Shown here one piece after another: positions 19,603 to 29,258 of a stretch of 64,000 bases of DNA (the first letter of the stretch is position 1; each line of letters begins with the position of its first letter). The notes beneath the pieces are model-generated. The model made no database searches. It was not told the origin of the DNA and saw nothing but the letters and a program-made list of their open reading frames with translations. The position numbers and the translations under genes are program-made. The stretch lies in contig JBIJDH010000003.1 in the NCBI GenBank assembly GCA_044344255.1, forward strand, positions 512,001 to 576,000, in the 5' to 3' direction. The DNA is from Myxococcota bacterium (GTDB lineage Bacteria > Myxococcota_A > UBA796 > UBA2385).

Positions 19603-20906
19603 TCAGCGATCTCGCCCGCTTGATCGACACGGTCCACCGTGAGAAGAACATCCCGCGGGACTCCCTCATCGAGGTGCTCGAGCAGGCGATGGTCGCCGCT
19701 GCTCGCAAGCGCTACGGCCAAACCCGAGACATCGAGGCTCAATACAACGATGACCTCGGCGAGGTGGAGCTCTTCGAGTTCCGCACCGTGGTTGAGGAGT
19801 TTGGGGAGAACCCGGACACGGAGATCTCTGTCGAGGATGCCCGCACGGATGACTCCGGCTGTGAGGTCGGCGACTCGCTCGGCATCAAGATGCTGGTCGA
19901 GGATCTCGGGCGCATCGCGGCGCAGACCGCCAAGCAGGTCATCATCCAGAAGATCCGCGACGCCGAGCGGGAGATGACCTTCAACGAGTTCAAGGACCGG
20001 AAGGGCGAGCTCATCACCGGCATCGTCCGACGCTTTGAGAAGGGCAACATCGTGGTCGACCTCGGTCGAGCCGAGTCCGTCCTGCCCAAGCGCGAGCAGG
20101 TCCCGACCGAGACCTACCGTCAGGGCGACCGGATCCAGGCCTATGTCCTCGACATCACCCGGGCCTCGAAGTCGCCGCAGGTGGTGCTGAGCCGCACTCA
20201 CCCCGGCCTGCTGATGAAGCTCTTTGAGCTTGAGGTCCCTGAGATCTACGAGGGCATCGTGCGGATCGAGGCTTGCGCTCGCGAGCCGGGGCATCGCGCC
20301 AAGATCGCCGTCTCTTCGCAAGACCGTGATGTCGATCCCGTGGGCGCCTGCGTCGGGCTCAAGGGCTCTCGCGTCCAGGCCGTCGTGCAGGAGCTCCGTG
20401 GAGAGGCGATCGACATCATCCCCTTCCACGGCGATCCGGCGCGCTTCATCGTGCACGCCATCGCGCCGGCACAGGTGAGCAAGGTCTACATCGACGAGCA
20501 CACCCACTCGATGGAGCTCATCGTCCCGGACGACCAGCTCTCGAAGGCCATCGGTCGCCGCGGTCAGAACGTGCGCCTCGCCGCCCAGCTCACCGGCTGG
20601 CGGATCGACATCTTCTCCGAGACCCGCCACGCCGAGATGGTCGCCCAGGCCCGCGACGAGCTGAGCCGCGTCCCTCGCCTGGACCACGATCAGGTCGAGA
20701 CGCTCATCCGCCACGGCTTCCGCAGCGCCCAGGAGCTGTACGACGCCGAAGCCTACGAGGTCGCGGGAATCCTCGGCCTTGAGGATGAAGACGCTGAGGC
20801 CATCATCGCGGAGGCCGAGCGGGTGCTCGACGCGCTCATCATGGACGAAGCCGACCGGCGTAAGGCCCGTCAGTCGGGGGATGAAGATCTCCCGGCGGAG
20901 GCCTGA
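19599..20906 (+). CDS. nusA: Transcription termination/antitermination factor NusA
   Basis: [22 protein letters not shown]1 and KH domains, DPVGACVG and [12 protein letters not shown]. Confidence 0.98.
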   Translation: MISDLARLIDTVHREKNIPRDSLIEVLEQAMVAAARKRYGQTRDIEAQYNDDLGEVELFEFRTVVEEFGENPDTEISVEDARTDDSGCEVGDSLGIKMLVEDLGRIAAQTAKQVIIQKIRDAEREMTFNEFKDRKGELITGIVRRFEKGNIVVDLGRAESVLPKREQVPTETYRQGDRIQAYVLDITRASKSPQVVLSRTHPGLLMKLFELEVPEIYEGIVRIEACAREPGHRAKIAVSSQDRDVDPVGACVGLKGSRVQAVVQELRGEAIDIIPFHGDPARFIVHAIAPAQVSKVYIDEHTHSMELIVPDDQLSKAIGRRGQNVRLAAQLTGWRIDIFSETRHAEMVAQARDELSRVPRLDHDQVETLIRHGFRSAQELYDAEAYEVAGILGLEDEDAEAIIAEAERVLDALIMDEADRRKARQSGDEDLPAEA

Positions 20907-20912
20907 ACCGCG

Positions 20913-21524
20913 ATGGGGCAGCCGCGCCCGCGGCGGTCGGGCGCGGGGCCACGGCCGGAGCGCCCAGATGGGCAGGGCGTGCGGACCTGTGTGGTCTGTC
21001 GAGATCGCTCATCCTCCCGCCTCATGGTGCGGTTCGTGCTGGCCGAGGCGGGGAGGGCCACGCTGGATGGTTCACCCCACCATCCCGGTCGGGGGGCTTG
21101 GTGCTGCCTGCGTGGCGCCTGCCTGAGGGCGATCAAGCCAGGGAACATCTCCCGGGGCGTCAAGGCGGAGGTTCGCCGCTTGGACGATCCGCTGCCTGCC
21201 CTTCGAATGAAGGTGGTGCTGCGTGTTCGGCAGGCCCTCTTGAGGGCTTGGCGGAGCGGCCTGCTGGTAGACGTCTTGCGTCTTGGCGCCGCCGGCCCGC
21301 CGCCAGTGGCGGTCTGCGGGCTCCAGGGCGACGATCCGCCCTCGGAGGCCCACCCCGCGTGTGTGGGGCTCCCGATCCACATGCTCCCCCTCTCTCGAGG
21401 CGAGCTTCAGGCGCTATTTGGGCTCCACCCCTCCGGAGGGTTCTCCGGAGGGGTGGTGATCCGAGCTGGTCGTCCGAGCCGCGCCCTGCGAGACGAGTTG
21501 CGGTGTCTGCACGATCTGGGTTAG
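20913..21524 (+). CDS. ylxR: YlxR/DUF448 protein with degenerate L7Ae-like C-terminal part
   Basis: RTCVVCR...MVRFV...GRGAWCC...CL, located between nusA and infB. Confidence 0.8.
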   Translation: MGQPRPRRSGAGPRPERPDGQGVRTCVVCRDRSSSRLMVRFVLAEAGRATLDGSPHHPGRGAWCCLRGACLRAIKPGNISRGVKAEVRRLDDPLPALRMKVVLRVRQALLRAWRSGLLVDVLRLGAAGPPPVAVCGLQGDDPPSEAHPACVGLPIHMLPLSRGELQALFGLHPSGGFSGGVVIRAGRPSRALRDELRCLHDLG

Positions 21525-21701
21525 TACCCGTGCCGCTGCCGCTGGTACCTCTCGATCCTCGAACCGAGGCCCCCGAGTGGGGCCAGCGCCATCCTCCCCG
21601 CAAGCACGTGCTGGCTCGTGGGATTCACGACAGGAAAGCCTGTCGGCTTCTCCTCTCACGAGACAGTTCACGGAGTGCTTGCGGGCATTCGAAGGGCCCT
21701 G

Positions 21702-24700
21702 ATGTCCACTAAGGATCTGATTGAGCGTCTCTCCCGAACCTCCTCGAGCCGGCCGACAAGGCCCGCTGGGGAGCCTGTGGGTACGGACCGCGGTGAAACC
21801 CAGACACGCGTCAACAACGCGGTCATCCGCCGCCGAAAGGCCGAGCCGGAGCCCGCTCCGCCTCCGCCCCCGCCGGTAGACGTTCGTCGGAAGGTCGTGG
21901 TCCGGAAGCGGATCAATGAGCCCGAAGAGGCGGTGAGCGCGGCTCCCGCCGGCCCGCCGGCGCGCCTCGGCTCGCCGGTGTCGCTGCGGTCTCCCGATCC
22001 GTCTCGGCCCGTGGCCCCACGGGGCGCCGTCGGCCCTGTCACGGAGTCGCCACCTGTGGTGGAGGCTGCGTCGGCAGGTGAGCAGGCCCCGGAGCCGGTC
22101 GGCGAGCCCGTGGTGCAGTCCGCACCGGCTGTGGTGGCCGCGGCGGTCGAAGAGGCTTCGGCTTCTGTCTCGGCCCCGGTCGAAGTGTCGGCGACGGTCG
22201 TTGAGGCTGCCCCTGCGGTCGAGGCCGCGCCGGAGCGTCTAGCGGTCGAGCCGGAGCGTCCAGCAGCCGCGCCCGTGGCGGTCGAGGCGTCGGCATCTCC
22301 GGTGGTCGAGTCCGTTGCCGCGCCGGTGGTGGACGTCGAGCCTGAGCGACCTGTGGTGCAGGCGGCCCCCGCCGCCAAGGTCTCCGAGTCGGTCCGTCCG
22401 GCCGCCCCCGCCCAAGGGGCCCCCCGTAACGATGGGCGTGTCCCCACTTCGCGCCCTGGTGACGGTCGTGCGGAGCCCGGTCGCCCTGCCGCCGGCGCCG
22501 CTCCGGCTCGTCCGGGTGCTGCTCCCGTCGGCGCCCGTCCACCCCGTCCGGGTGATATTCGCGACCCGCGGCCCGCCGAGTCCGCCGTGGGTCCCTCCGG
22601 CCCCCGCGCCGAGGCGCCTCGACCAAACCTCCCCCGCCTCGCGGCGCGCGGCGAAGGGTCGAACTTCCCCGGCCTCGGCTCCGCGGTCGTACGCCCTCCG
22701 CCTGGCTACGATCCGAACGATCCGTCGGGCAACCGGCGCCGTGCCCAGGCTGCCGCAGAGCAGGCCAAGACGTCCCAGCCTTCCGGCCAGCAGGCTCGCC
22801 CCGGCGGTGCCAACTTCCGTGATGAGCGCCGCCCTGGCGGTCCTCCGGGCCCGGGTGCCGGGCAGGTCGGTCCCGGTCCCGCCGGTCCGGGTGCTACGGT
22901 CATCGGTGGAGGCCCCCCCAAGGAGGGCGATCGCCGGGACAAGCCCGCAGCCCGGAAGGGCGCCAAGCCCGACGGCCGCCGAGGACGCATCGAGATGGAC
23001 GCCGAGGACCTCGGGGGACCGTCGCGCCGTCGCCGGCCGAAGGCCAAGGTTGCCGTCCGGAGCACGAGCCCGCAGGCCAAGCAGATCAAGCGCCGCGTCG
23101 AGGTCGACGAGACGATCACGGTCGCTCAGCTCGCGCACGGAATGTCGGTCAAGTCGACCCAGGTGATCAAGGCCCTGCTCAGCATGGGCCAAATGGTCAC
23201 CGTCAACGACTCTCTCGACTTCGACACCGCCCAGCTGGTGGCGCAGGAGTTCGAGTTCGAGGTGGTGAACTCTTCCTTCCAGGAAGATGAGCACCTCATC
23301 GACGTCGAGGACGAGGACACCGACCTCGAGCCGCGCCCCCCCGTGGTCACCATCATGGGCCACGTGGACCACGGCAAGACGACCCTCCTCGACGTCATCC
23401 GCGACGCCAACGTGGCCGGCGGGGAGGCGGGCGGCATCACCCAGCATGTCGGCGCCTACCAGGTGGAGCGTAATGGGCAGCTGATCACCTTCATCGACAC
23501 GCCGGGGCACGAGGCCTTCACGGCGATGCGCGCCCGCGGCGCTCAGGTCACCGACATCGTGGTGTTGGTGGTGGCCGCCGATGACGGCGTGATGCCGCAG
23601 ACGATCGAGTCAATCAACCACGCCAAGGCGGCGGGGGTCGACATTGTCGTCGCGATCAACAAGTGCGACAAGGCGGACTCCCGCCCCGAGCGCGTCACGC
23701 AGCAGCTGATGGAGCACGGGCTCGTCCCCGAGGCTTACGGCGGTGAGACGATGTTCGTGCAGGTGTCCGCGCTCAAGAAGCGGGGCATCGACGATCTCCT
23801 CGACGCGCTGCTCCTGGTCGCCGAGCTCGGCGACTACCGGGCCAACCCGAAGCGGCACGGCGAGGGCTCTGTCCTCGAAGCGCGGCTGGAGCGCGGCAAG
23901 GGCCCCGTGGCCACGATCATCGTGCAGCACGGTACGGTCGAGCAGGGGCAGTGTGTGGTGATCGGCAACACCTGGGGCCGCATCCGGGCGCTGAACGACA
24001 CCAAGGGCAAGCGCATCAAGGTGGCTGGCCCCTCTACGCCGGTCGAGATCATGGGCATCGAAGATGTCCCGCAGGCCGGTGACAACTTCGTGATCGTGGC
24101 CTCGGAGAAGGACGCAAAGGCCCTCGCCGAGCACCGCGCCGAAGCCACACGACAGTCGGGCCTCAACGTCACCACCCGCGTGACGCTCGAAGACTTGATG
24201 GCCCGCGGGCAAGGCGAGGCGGCGAAGCTCAGCCTCAACCTCATCGTCAAGGCCGACGTGGGTGGCAGCCTCGAGGCCATCCGGCACGCCTTCTCGAAGA
24301 TCTCGGTCGAGGGCACCGAGCTCAAGATCCTGCACTCCGCGGTCGGCGCGGTGACGGAGAGCGACGTGATGCTCGCGCACACCAACGGTGGCGTGATCAT
24401 CGGCTTCAACGTCAGGCCGGATCCCAAGGCTCGTGAGGCCGCCGACTCCTACGGGGTCGAGGTCCGCACCTACAAGATCGTCTACGAGGCCATCGACGAC
24501 GTGCAGAAGGGCCTCCGCGGCCTCCTGGGTCCCACGATCACCGAGAAGGTGCAGGGCTCCATCGAGATTCGCCAGCTCTTCAACATCCCGAAGATCGGCA
24601 CCATCGCTGGTTGTTTTGTCATCGAGGGGAAGGTGGCGCGAAATCACGGCGTCCGCCTGCTCCGCGACAGCAAGATCGTCTGGGAAGGTCGCCTCGGCTC

Positions 24701-24836
24701 CCTCAAGCGCTTCAAGGACGACGTCCGCGAAGTGGAGAAGGGCTACGAGTGCGGTCTCAGCCTGGACGGCTTCAACGACATCAAGGTGGGTGACATCGTC
24801 GAGGCCTATACCAAGGAGTCGGTCAAGGCCTTCTGA
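21702..24836 (+). CDS. infB: Translation initiation factor IF-2 with long low-complexity N-terminus
   Basis: [49 protein letters not shown] and [12 protein letters not shown]. Confidence 0.98.
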   Translation: MSTKDLIERLSRTSSSRPTRPAGEPVGTDRGETQTRVNNAVIRRRKAEPEPAPPPPPPVDVRRKVVVRKRINEPEEAVSAAPAGPPARLGSPVSLRSPDPSRPVAPRGAVGPVTESPPVVEAASAGEQAPEPVGEPVVQSAPAVVAAAVEEASASVSAPVEVSATVVEAAPAVEAAPERLAVEPERPAAAPVAVEASASPVVESVAAPVVDVEPERPVVQAAPAAKVSESVRPAAPAQGAPRNDGRVPTSRPGDGRAEPGRPAAGAAPARPGAAPVGARPPRPGDIRDPRPAESAVGPSGPRAEAPRPNLPRLAARGEGSNFPGLGSAVVRPPPGYDPNDPSGNRRRAQAAAEQAKTSQPSGQQARPGGANFRDERRPGGPPGPGAGQVGPGPAGPGATVIGGGPPKEGDRRDKPAARKGAKPDGRRGRIEMDAEDLGGPSRRRRPKAKVAVRSTSPQAKQIKRRVEVDETITVAQLAHGMSVKSTQVIKALLSMGQMVTVNDSLDFDTAQLVAQEFEFEVVNSSFQEDEHLIDVEDEDTDLEPRPPVVTIMGHVDHGKTTLLDVIRDANVAGGEAGGITQHVGAYQVERNGQLITFIDTPGHEAFTAMRARGAQVTDIVVLVVAADDGVMPQTIESINHAKAAGVDIVVAINKCDKADSRPERVTQQLMEHGLVPEAYGGETMFVQVSALKKRGIDDLLDALLLVAELGDYRANPKRHGEGSVLEARLERGKGPVATIIVQHGTVEQGQCVVIGNTWGRIRALNDTKGKRIKVAGPSTPVEIMGIEDVPQAGDNFVIVASEKDAKALAEHRAEATRQSGLNVTTRVTLEDLMARGQGEAAKLSLNLIVKADVGGSLEAIRHAFSKISVEGTELKILHSAVGAVTESDVMLAHTNGGVIIGFNVRPDPKAREAADSYGVEVRTYKIVYEAIDDVQKGLRGLLGPTITEKVQGSIEIRQLFNIPKIGTIAGCFVIEGKVARNHGVRLLRDSKIVWEGRLGSLKRFKDDVREVEKGYECGLSLDGFNDIKVGDIVEAYTKESVKAF

Positions 24837-25192
24837 TGTTCCTCCCGGCGCCCGATGAGTCGATCTGGCTCGGCGTCCTGCGCATCAGCTTCCTGGTGCC
24901 GGGGTCGCGGAGCCTCAAAGACAAGCGGCGGGTGGTGGCTCAGGTGCGAGACCGCATTCGAGCCCGGCACCAGCTGATGGCGGCGGAGGTCGGTCACCTC
25001 GATGATCACCAGTGGGCTGTGATGTCGGTGGCCTCCACCTCAAACGACGCGCGCACGCTCCGCGCGGCGCTTGAGGGCATCGCCCGCGACATCGAGGCTT
25101 GGGGTGAGGCCCGCGTCCAGACCGTGGACGTGGAGGTCTTTCGCCCCTTCTCGACGGGAGGCCCACATGTCGGCCCGCTACGGGGCGAATGA
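24836..25192 (+). CDS. DUF503 (YlxP) protein
   Basis: PGSRSLKDKRRVV...AEVGHLD, directly after infB. Confidence 0.88.
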   Translation: MFLPAPDESIWLGVLRISFLVPGSRSLKDKRRVVAQVRDRIRARHQLMAAEVGHLDDHQWAVMSVASTSNDARTLRAALEGIARDIEAWGEARVQTVDVEVFRPFSTGGPHVGPLRGE

Positions 25193-25712
25193 GGTCTGTG
25201 GGTGTGGCTCGGGCCTGAAGTACAAGCGGTGCTGCCAGCCCGCTCACCTCGGGCGGCCGGCCTCGGAGCCGGTCGCGCTCATGCGGTCCCGGTACTGCGC
25301 CTATCGCTTCGGTCTGGTCGACTATCTGATCGACACGACAGACCCGAGGGGACCAGCGGTGCGTGGCGACCGATCGGCCTGGCGAGCGGAGATCGGGGAG
25401 TTCGTGCGGACGACCGCGCTGCTCGGCCTGACGGTTGAGGCCTCTGGATGCGGTGAGGAGGATGGCTGGGTGCGGTTCGCGGTGCGCATCCGCCAAGGTG
25501 ACGGAGAGGCCACCTACGCTGAAGAGAGTCAGTTTCGCCGGATCGATGGGCGCTGGCTCTACCACAGCGGCGCGCTGACCGAACGACGCGGCGACGGCTC
25601 AGTCGGGACAGGAGATGTCCCCGAGCGGGTCGGCCAGGACCCGTTGGGCCAGCGGCGGCAGGGCGAAGGCGCCACAGGGCCCGCCCGAGGCGGACGAGAG
25701 CGCCCGGGCTGA
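25167..25712 (+). CDS. ychJ: YchJ family (SEC-C + NTF2-like) protein
   Basis: CGCGSGLKYKRCC.P.H, ALMRSRYCAY, YLIDT and EESQFRRIDGRWLY. GGAGG RBS. Confidence 0.88.
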   Translation: MSARYGANEVCGCGSGLKYKRCCQPAHLGRPASEPVALMRSRYCAYRFGLVDYLIDTTDPRGPAVRGDRSAWRAEIGEFVRTTALLGLTVEASGCGEEDGWVRFAVRIRQGDGEATYAEESQFRRIDGRWLYHSGALTERRGDGSVGTGDVPERVGQDPLGQRRQGEGATGPARGGRERPG

Positions 25713-26876
25713 GGCGTACAAGGCCCCCACCTTGACCTCCGGCGTCGGCTGGATCATGCAGACCGGCGCGGCACGCTCCGGTGCCGGGCCAGGGAGGGCG
25801 ACCGCGACAGCGCCCGGTGGGGGGAGGTCGATGTTCAGGCGCACCGCCGGCCAGCGCAGCGCGGGGCTCAGAGGGCCCCAGATGGAGGGGGCCCGACCGA
25901 CGAGCGCCACGCGGCGGACCCGGTGGGTGAGGAGGAGCTCGAGCACAGGCTCGAGGGAGGCGAAGGGGGCGGACTCGTCCCAGGCCAGGGCGACGGTGGC
26001 GCGGGCGACGTGTGCCCAGCGGGCGTGTGCCTTCGGGACGCACTGGGCCACCTCCTTGCGGGGCGAGGCAGGGTGGCCCAGAGCGACGAGCTGCTCCGCG
26101 AGGGGCCCTCGGTGTGGATCGAGCAGGTCGGCCGAGACCCCGGTCCCCGGCGCCGTAAGGCTCAGCGGGGTTCCGGTGTCCGGCAGGTCAAGGTCCATCG
26201 TCCGGAGGAGAGGCCCGAGGGGCGACGCGGCGCACCAGGCCTGGCCCGCGCAGAGCGAGAGCAGCAGCAAGGCCTCGCGGCGGCTCGGGCCGGCGCCCCC
26301 CCTCCACCGACCGATCAGGAGGCCGAGCCCCGCGCCGATGAAGGGCAGGAGCGCCAGCGGGGGCAGGGCGAGGCTGAGGTTGACGCCACGCTGCGTGTCG
26401 CCGACGAACAGCGCCCGATCGATCGCCTCGAGCAGGGGCGGCGCGAGGCCGAGGGCGGCGAGCCCGCCGACGGCGGCGCCCCCTGCGGACAGGGCGCGGC
26501 GACCACCGAGGCAGATCGTGGTGAGGGCGGCGCCGAGGAGGAGCCAGGCCGGCCCGAGCGTCGCCGTTTGGGCGAGCGAGAGCAGCCCGCTGACGGGAAA
26601 GGCCGTGTCTAGCCATGTCGCGTCCAGCAGCGCGATCCGGTCACTCCAGAGGCGCGCCCCGGCCGCCGGCGCGAGCCAGCAGAGCGACATCAGGGCGATG
26701 CGGGCGCCGGGGGAGGGATCGCGATCGGTGATGTGATCGCAGAGCCAGGTGGAGGAGAGGGCCAGGATCGGCGCTCCCCAAGCGAAGCTCGCAGATGGAC
26801 CGCCGCGTTGAACGGCCGGAATTGCGACGAGGGCGAAGATCACCGTGGCGAGCAGGGGTCGGAGTCGGCGTGACAT
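25599..26876 (-). CDS. Hypothetical multi-TM membrane protein
   Basis: 425-aa ORF with about 6 hydrophobic segments and a Cys-containing soluble C-terminal part. Confidence 0.6.
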   Translation of the reverse strand: MSRRLRPLLATVIFALVAIPAVQRGGPSASFAWGAPILALSSTWLCDHITDRDPSPGARIALMSLCWLAPAAGARLWSDRIALLDATWLDTAFPVSGLLSLAQTATLGPAWLLLGAALTTICLGGRRALSAGGAAVGGLAALGLAPPLLEAIDRALFVGDTQRGVNLSLALPPLALLPFIGAGLGLLIGRWRGGAGPSRREALLLLSLCAGQAWCAASPLGPLLRTMDLDLPDTGTPLSLTAPGTGVSADLLDPHRGPLAEQLVALGHPASPRKEVAQCVPKAHARWAHVARATVALAWDESAPFASLEPVLELLLTHRVRRVALVGRAPSIWGPLSPALRWPAVRLNIDLPPPGAVAVALPGPAPERAAPVCMIQPTPEVKVGALYASARALSSASGGPCGAFALPPLAQRVLADPLGDISCPD

Positions 26877-26897
26877 CGCAATATCATCCCGCTTCCC

Positions 26898-28457
26898 ATG
26901 ACCGCTCCGCCGCCCGTCCTGTCTTTGCCTCCTCGTTGGCCTCGCCGCGTCGGCTTCGCGCTGTTGGCGGCCATCGCGGTGCTCCTCGGAATTCGTTTCG
27001 GCGCTGTCGCGCAGGATGACGCGTTTATATCCTTTCGATACGCCGATAACCTCTTGAGGGGGCTCGGCTTCGTCTACAACCCGGGTGAAGCGGTCGAGGG
27101 CTATTCGAACCTGCTCTGGACCTTGCTCGTCGCCGCGGCGATGGCCTGCGGGGCGGATCCCGTGATGGCGACGGTCGTGATGGGGCTCTCGAGCCTCGTC
27201 GCCGGGGTCTTCCTGACGGGAGCGCTGACCAGCGCCGGTCGCCGCCGGTGGATCTCCTCACCGCTGTGGTTGGCTCTCTTGCCACCGGCGCTGCTGGCCT
27301 TGGACGCCACGGTGGCGCTCGAGGCTGTTGAGGGCTTGGAGACGGTCTTCTACATGGCTCTGGTCACCGCCGCGACCTGGCTCTCCCTCGAGGAGCGCTG
27401 GGTGAGCGCCGGTGACGGGTGGGGTGGGCATCGCGGCTCGGCGGTGCTCTTCGGGGTCGCGACGCTGACCCGCCCGGAGGCGCCCTACCTCTTTGCCCTC
27501 GTCCAGGGGGGGCTCTTGATCGACGCTGCCCTGCGCGGAGACCTCCGTCGGCGATGGCGCCCGAGCGTCGGCGCCGGGGCGGTGGTCGCCGTGTGGGTCG
27601 TCGCGCTCACCGCGTGGCGGCTCTGGGTCTACGGGGATCCGCTCCCCAACACCTTTTACGCCAAGACGGGCGGCCTCGCGATTGGGAGGGGGCTGGCCTA
27701 CCTCGGGGCCCACATGGCCACTCACCCGCTGCTGTGGCTGCTCCTTGTGCTCCGGCCGCTCCTCGGGCGGCCCAGCCGCCGCACCCTGCCTTTGGCCTCG
27801 CTCGTGCTCGGGGTGCTCGCCTACATCCTCGCGGTGGGAGGCGACTTCAAGCCGACCGGGAGATTCATCCTCCCCATCTTGCCGGCGATGGCCGCGCTCG
27901 GCGCCGAGAGCGCGGCGCTGCTCGCGCTCGGTGAGCGGCGGCTCCAACGCCTCGTGCCGCTGGGCCTGTTGCTCCTCTTGAGCCCCTACCTGCTGGTGCT
28001 CCAGCAGGCCGACCGATGGGGAGCGGAGCGTCACGCGAACCTCGAGGCTCGCCGCACGGTGGGCCGCTTCCTCTCCGAGAACCTGCCCCCGAACACGGTC
28101 CTCGCGATCCACTCGGCGGGGGTGATCCCCTACTACGCCCGCCTCACCACCATCGACATGTGGGGCCTGACCAACCGAACCATCGCCCGGGCGCCCGCCC
28201 TCCGCTTCGGGGAGGGGCTGGCGGGACATGAGAAGAGCGACCCCGCCTACGTCTTCTCGCTTGAGCCCGATCTGTACCTGCCGGAAGACCGCGTCTTCAC
28301 GCTCCAGCCCTGGAACTTGGAGGAGCTCCCGCGGGAGGCCGGCTTCCCGGCTGACTTCACCGAGCGCTACAAGGCCGTGAGCGTACCGGTGGACGGGCGA
28401 TGGCTGAACATGTGGGTGAAGCGAGGCTTCCTCAAGCAGGTCGCGGGCCGACCGTAA
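26898..28457 (+). CDS. GT-C membrane glycosyltransferase (AftB/arabinofuranosyltransferase-like)
   Basis: DDAFISFRYADNL..G.GFVYNPGEAVEGYSNLLW, LTRPE, YGDPLPNTFYAK, GGDF and IDMWGLT...GHEK. Confidence 0.8.
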   Translation: MTAPPPVLSLPPRWPRRVGFALLAAIAVLLGIRFGAVAQDDAFISFRYADNLLRGLGFVYNPGEAVEGYSNLLWTLLVAAAMACGADPVMATVVMGLSSLVAGVFLTGALTSAGRRRWISSPLWLALLPPALLALDATVALEAVEGLETVFYMALVTAATWLSLEERWVSAGDGWGGHRGSAVLFGVATLTRPEAPYLFALVQGGLLIDAALRGDLRRRWRPSVGAGAVVAVWVVALTAWRLWVYGDPLPNTFYAKTGGLAIGRGLAYLGAHMATHPLLWLLLVLRPLLGRPSRRTLPLASLVLGVLAYILAVGGDFKPTGRFILPILPAMAALGAESAALLALGERRLQRLVPLGLLLLLSPYLLVLQQADRWGAERHANLEARRTVGRFLSENLPPNTVLAIHSAGVIPYYARLTTIDMWGLTNRTIARAPALRFGEGLAGHEKSDPAYVFSLEPDLYLPEDRVFTLQPWNLEELPREAGFPADFTERYKAVSVPVDGRWLNMWVKRGFLKQVAGRP

Positions 28458-29076
28458 TGGAGAGGGAGGCTGCGCGGGCGCGGGCCTCGACCGACTCCAC
28501 ATCCCCGCGGCGGAGGCGATCGAGGGGGCGCTCGCCGAGGTTCAGATCGTGGTTAAGAAAAAAGGCAAGGGCCGACCAGTCTTGTTGACCGCCCTCTCGG
28601 AGCCGGGCCAGCACTTGGGGCAGGCCGGGGAGGGCGCCGGCCGCCTCGAACTGCCAAGAGGGGTACATCCACGCTCGCCGGCCAGGGTGGTGCACAGAGA
28701 GCAGGTGGTGGTGGCTGCGCCTCCAGTCCACGCCTTGTCTCGTGATCCCGAGGGCCGCAGCGACCTGCGCCGCGGTCCAGAGCCCGCCCTCGGCTTCGGC
28801 TAACGCTCGCCTTGCTTGGAGGGCACGGCCGCGCTCTCGAGCGGCGGGATCGGCGGGATTGGTCTGCGCAGCGGACAACGTAAAGAGCGCGGCCTCGACG
28901 TCGGACCGCTGGGAGAGCGCCTGAAGGAGCCCCTCGCGGGGCAGTCCATCCACCGCCTCCAGGCAGGCTCGGACGGTGCGCATCAGCAAGGGGAGGCGGT
29001 CCGGGCTGCGCTCGGCGACACGACAGAGCTCGGCCTGCAGGTAGCTGATGGCGCCAGCTCGCGGATCTTCGGACAC
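28432..29076 (-). CDS. HTH DNA-binding protein, MbcA/ParS/Xre-like antitoxin or Rv2175c-like
   Basis: LWTAAQVAAALGITRQGVD HTH, YPSWQF, LPGLPQVL and C-terminal W....FF......LGERPLDRL..GD. Confidence 0.7.
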   Translation of the reverse strand: MSEDPRAGAISYLQAELCRVAERSPDRLPLLMRTVRACLEAVDGLPREGLLQALSQRSDVEAALFTLSAAQTNPADPAARERGRALQARRALAEAEGGLWTAAQVAAALGITRQGVDWRRSHHHLLSVHHPGRRAWMYPSWQFEAAGALPGLPQVLARLREGGQQDWSALAFFLNHDLNLGERPLDRLRRGDVESVEARARAASLSITVGPRPA

Positions 29077-29224
29077 TGGCCCCTCCGTTCGGCCAAGCGC
29101 TGTCGTGTCGCTCTTGCTGCTTCAGCCCGGCGGCCGCGCCCCAGAGGCCGAGGACATCCCGGAGGAGTATACGCGATGGAGTGGAGAAAAGATAGGCATT
29201 CTTGTGCTACGCGCGTCTGGGAGC

Positions 29225-29253
29225 TTGTCGACGAGGCTCCGCCGGTGCACAAT
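29225..29253 (+). promoter_or_regulatory. Putative sigma-70 promoter for the Ser/Thr kinase (leaderless)
   Basis: TTGTCG-17 nt-CACAAT, 5 nt before ATG 29259. Confidence 0.5.
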
Positions 29254-29258
29254 GAGGT

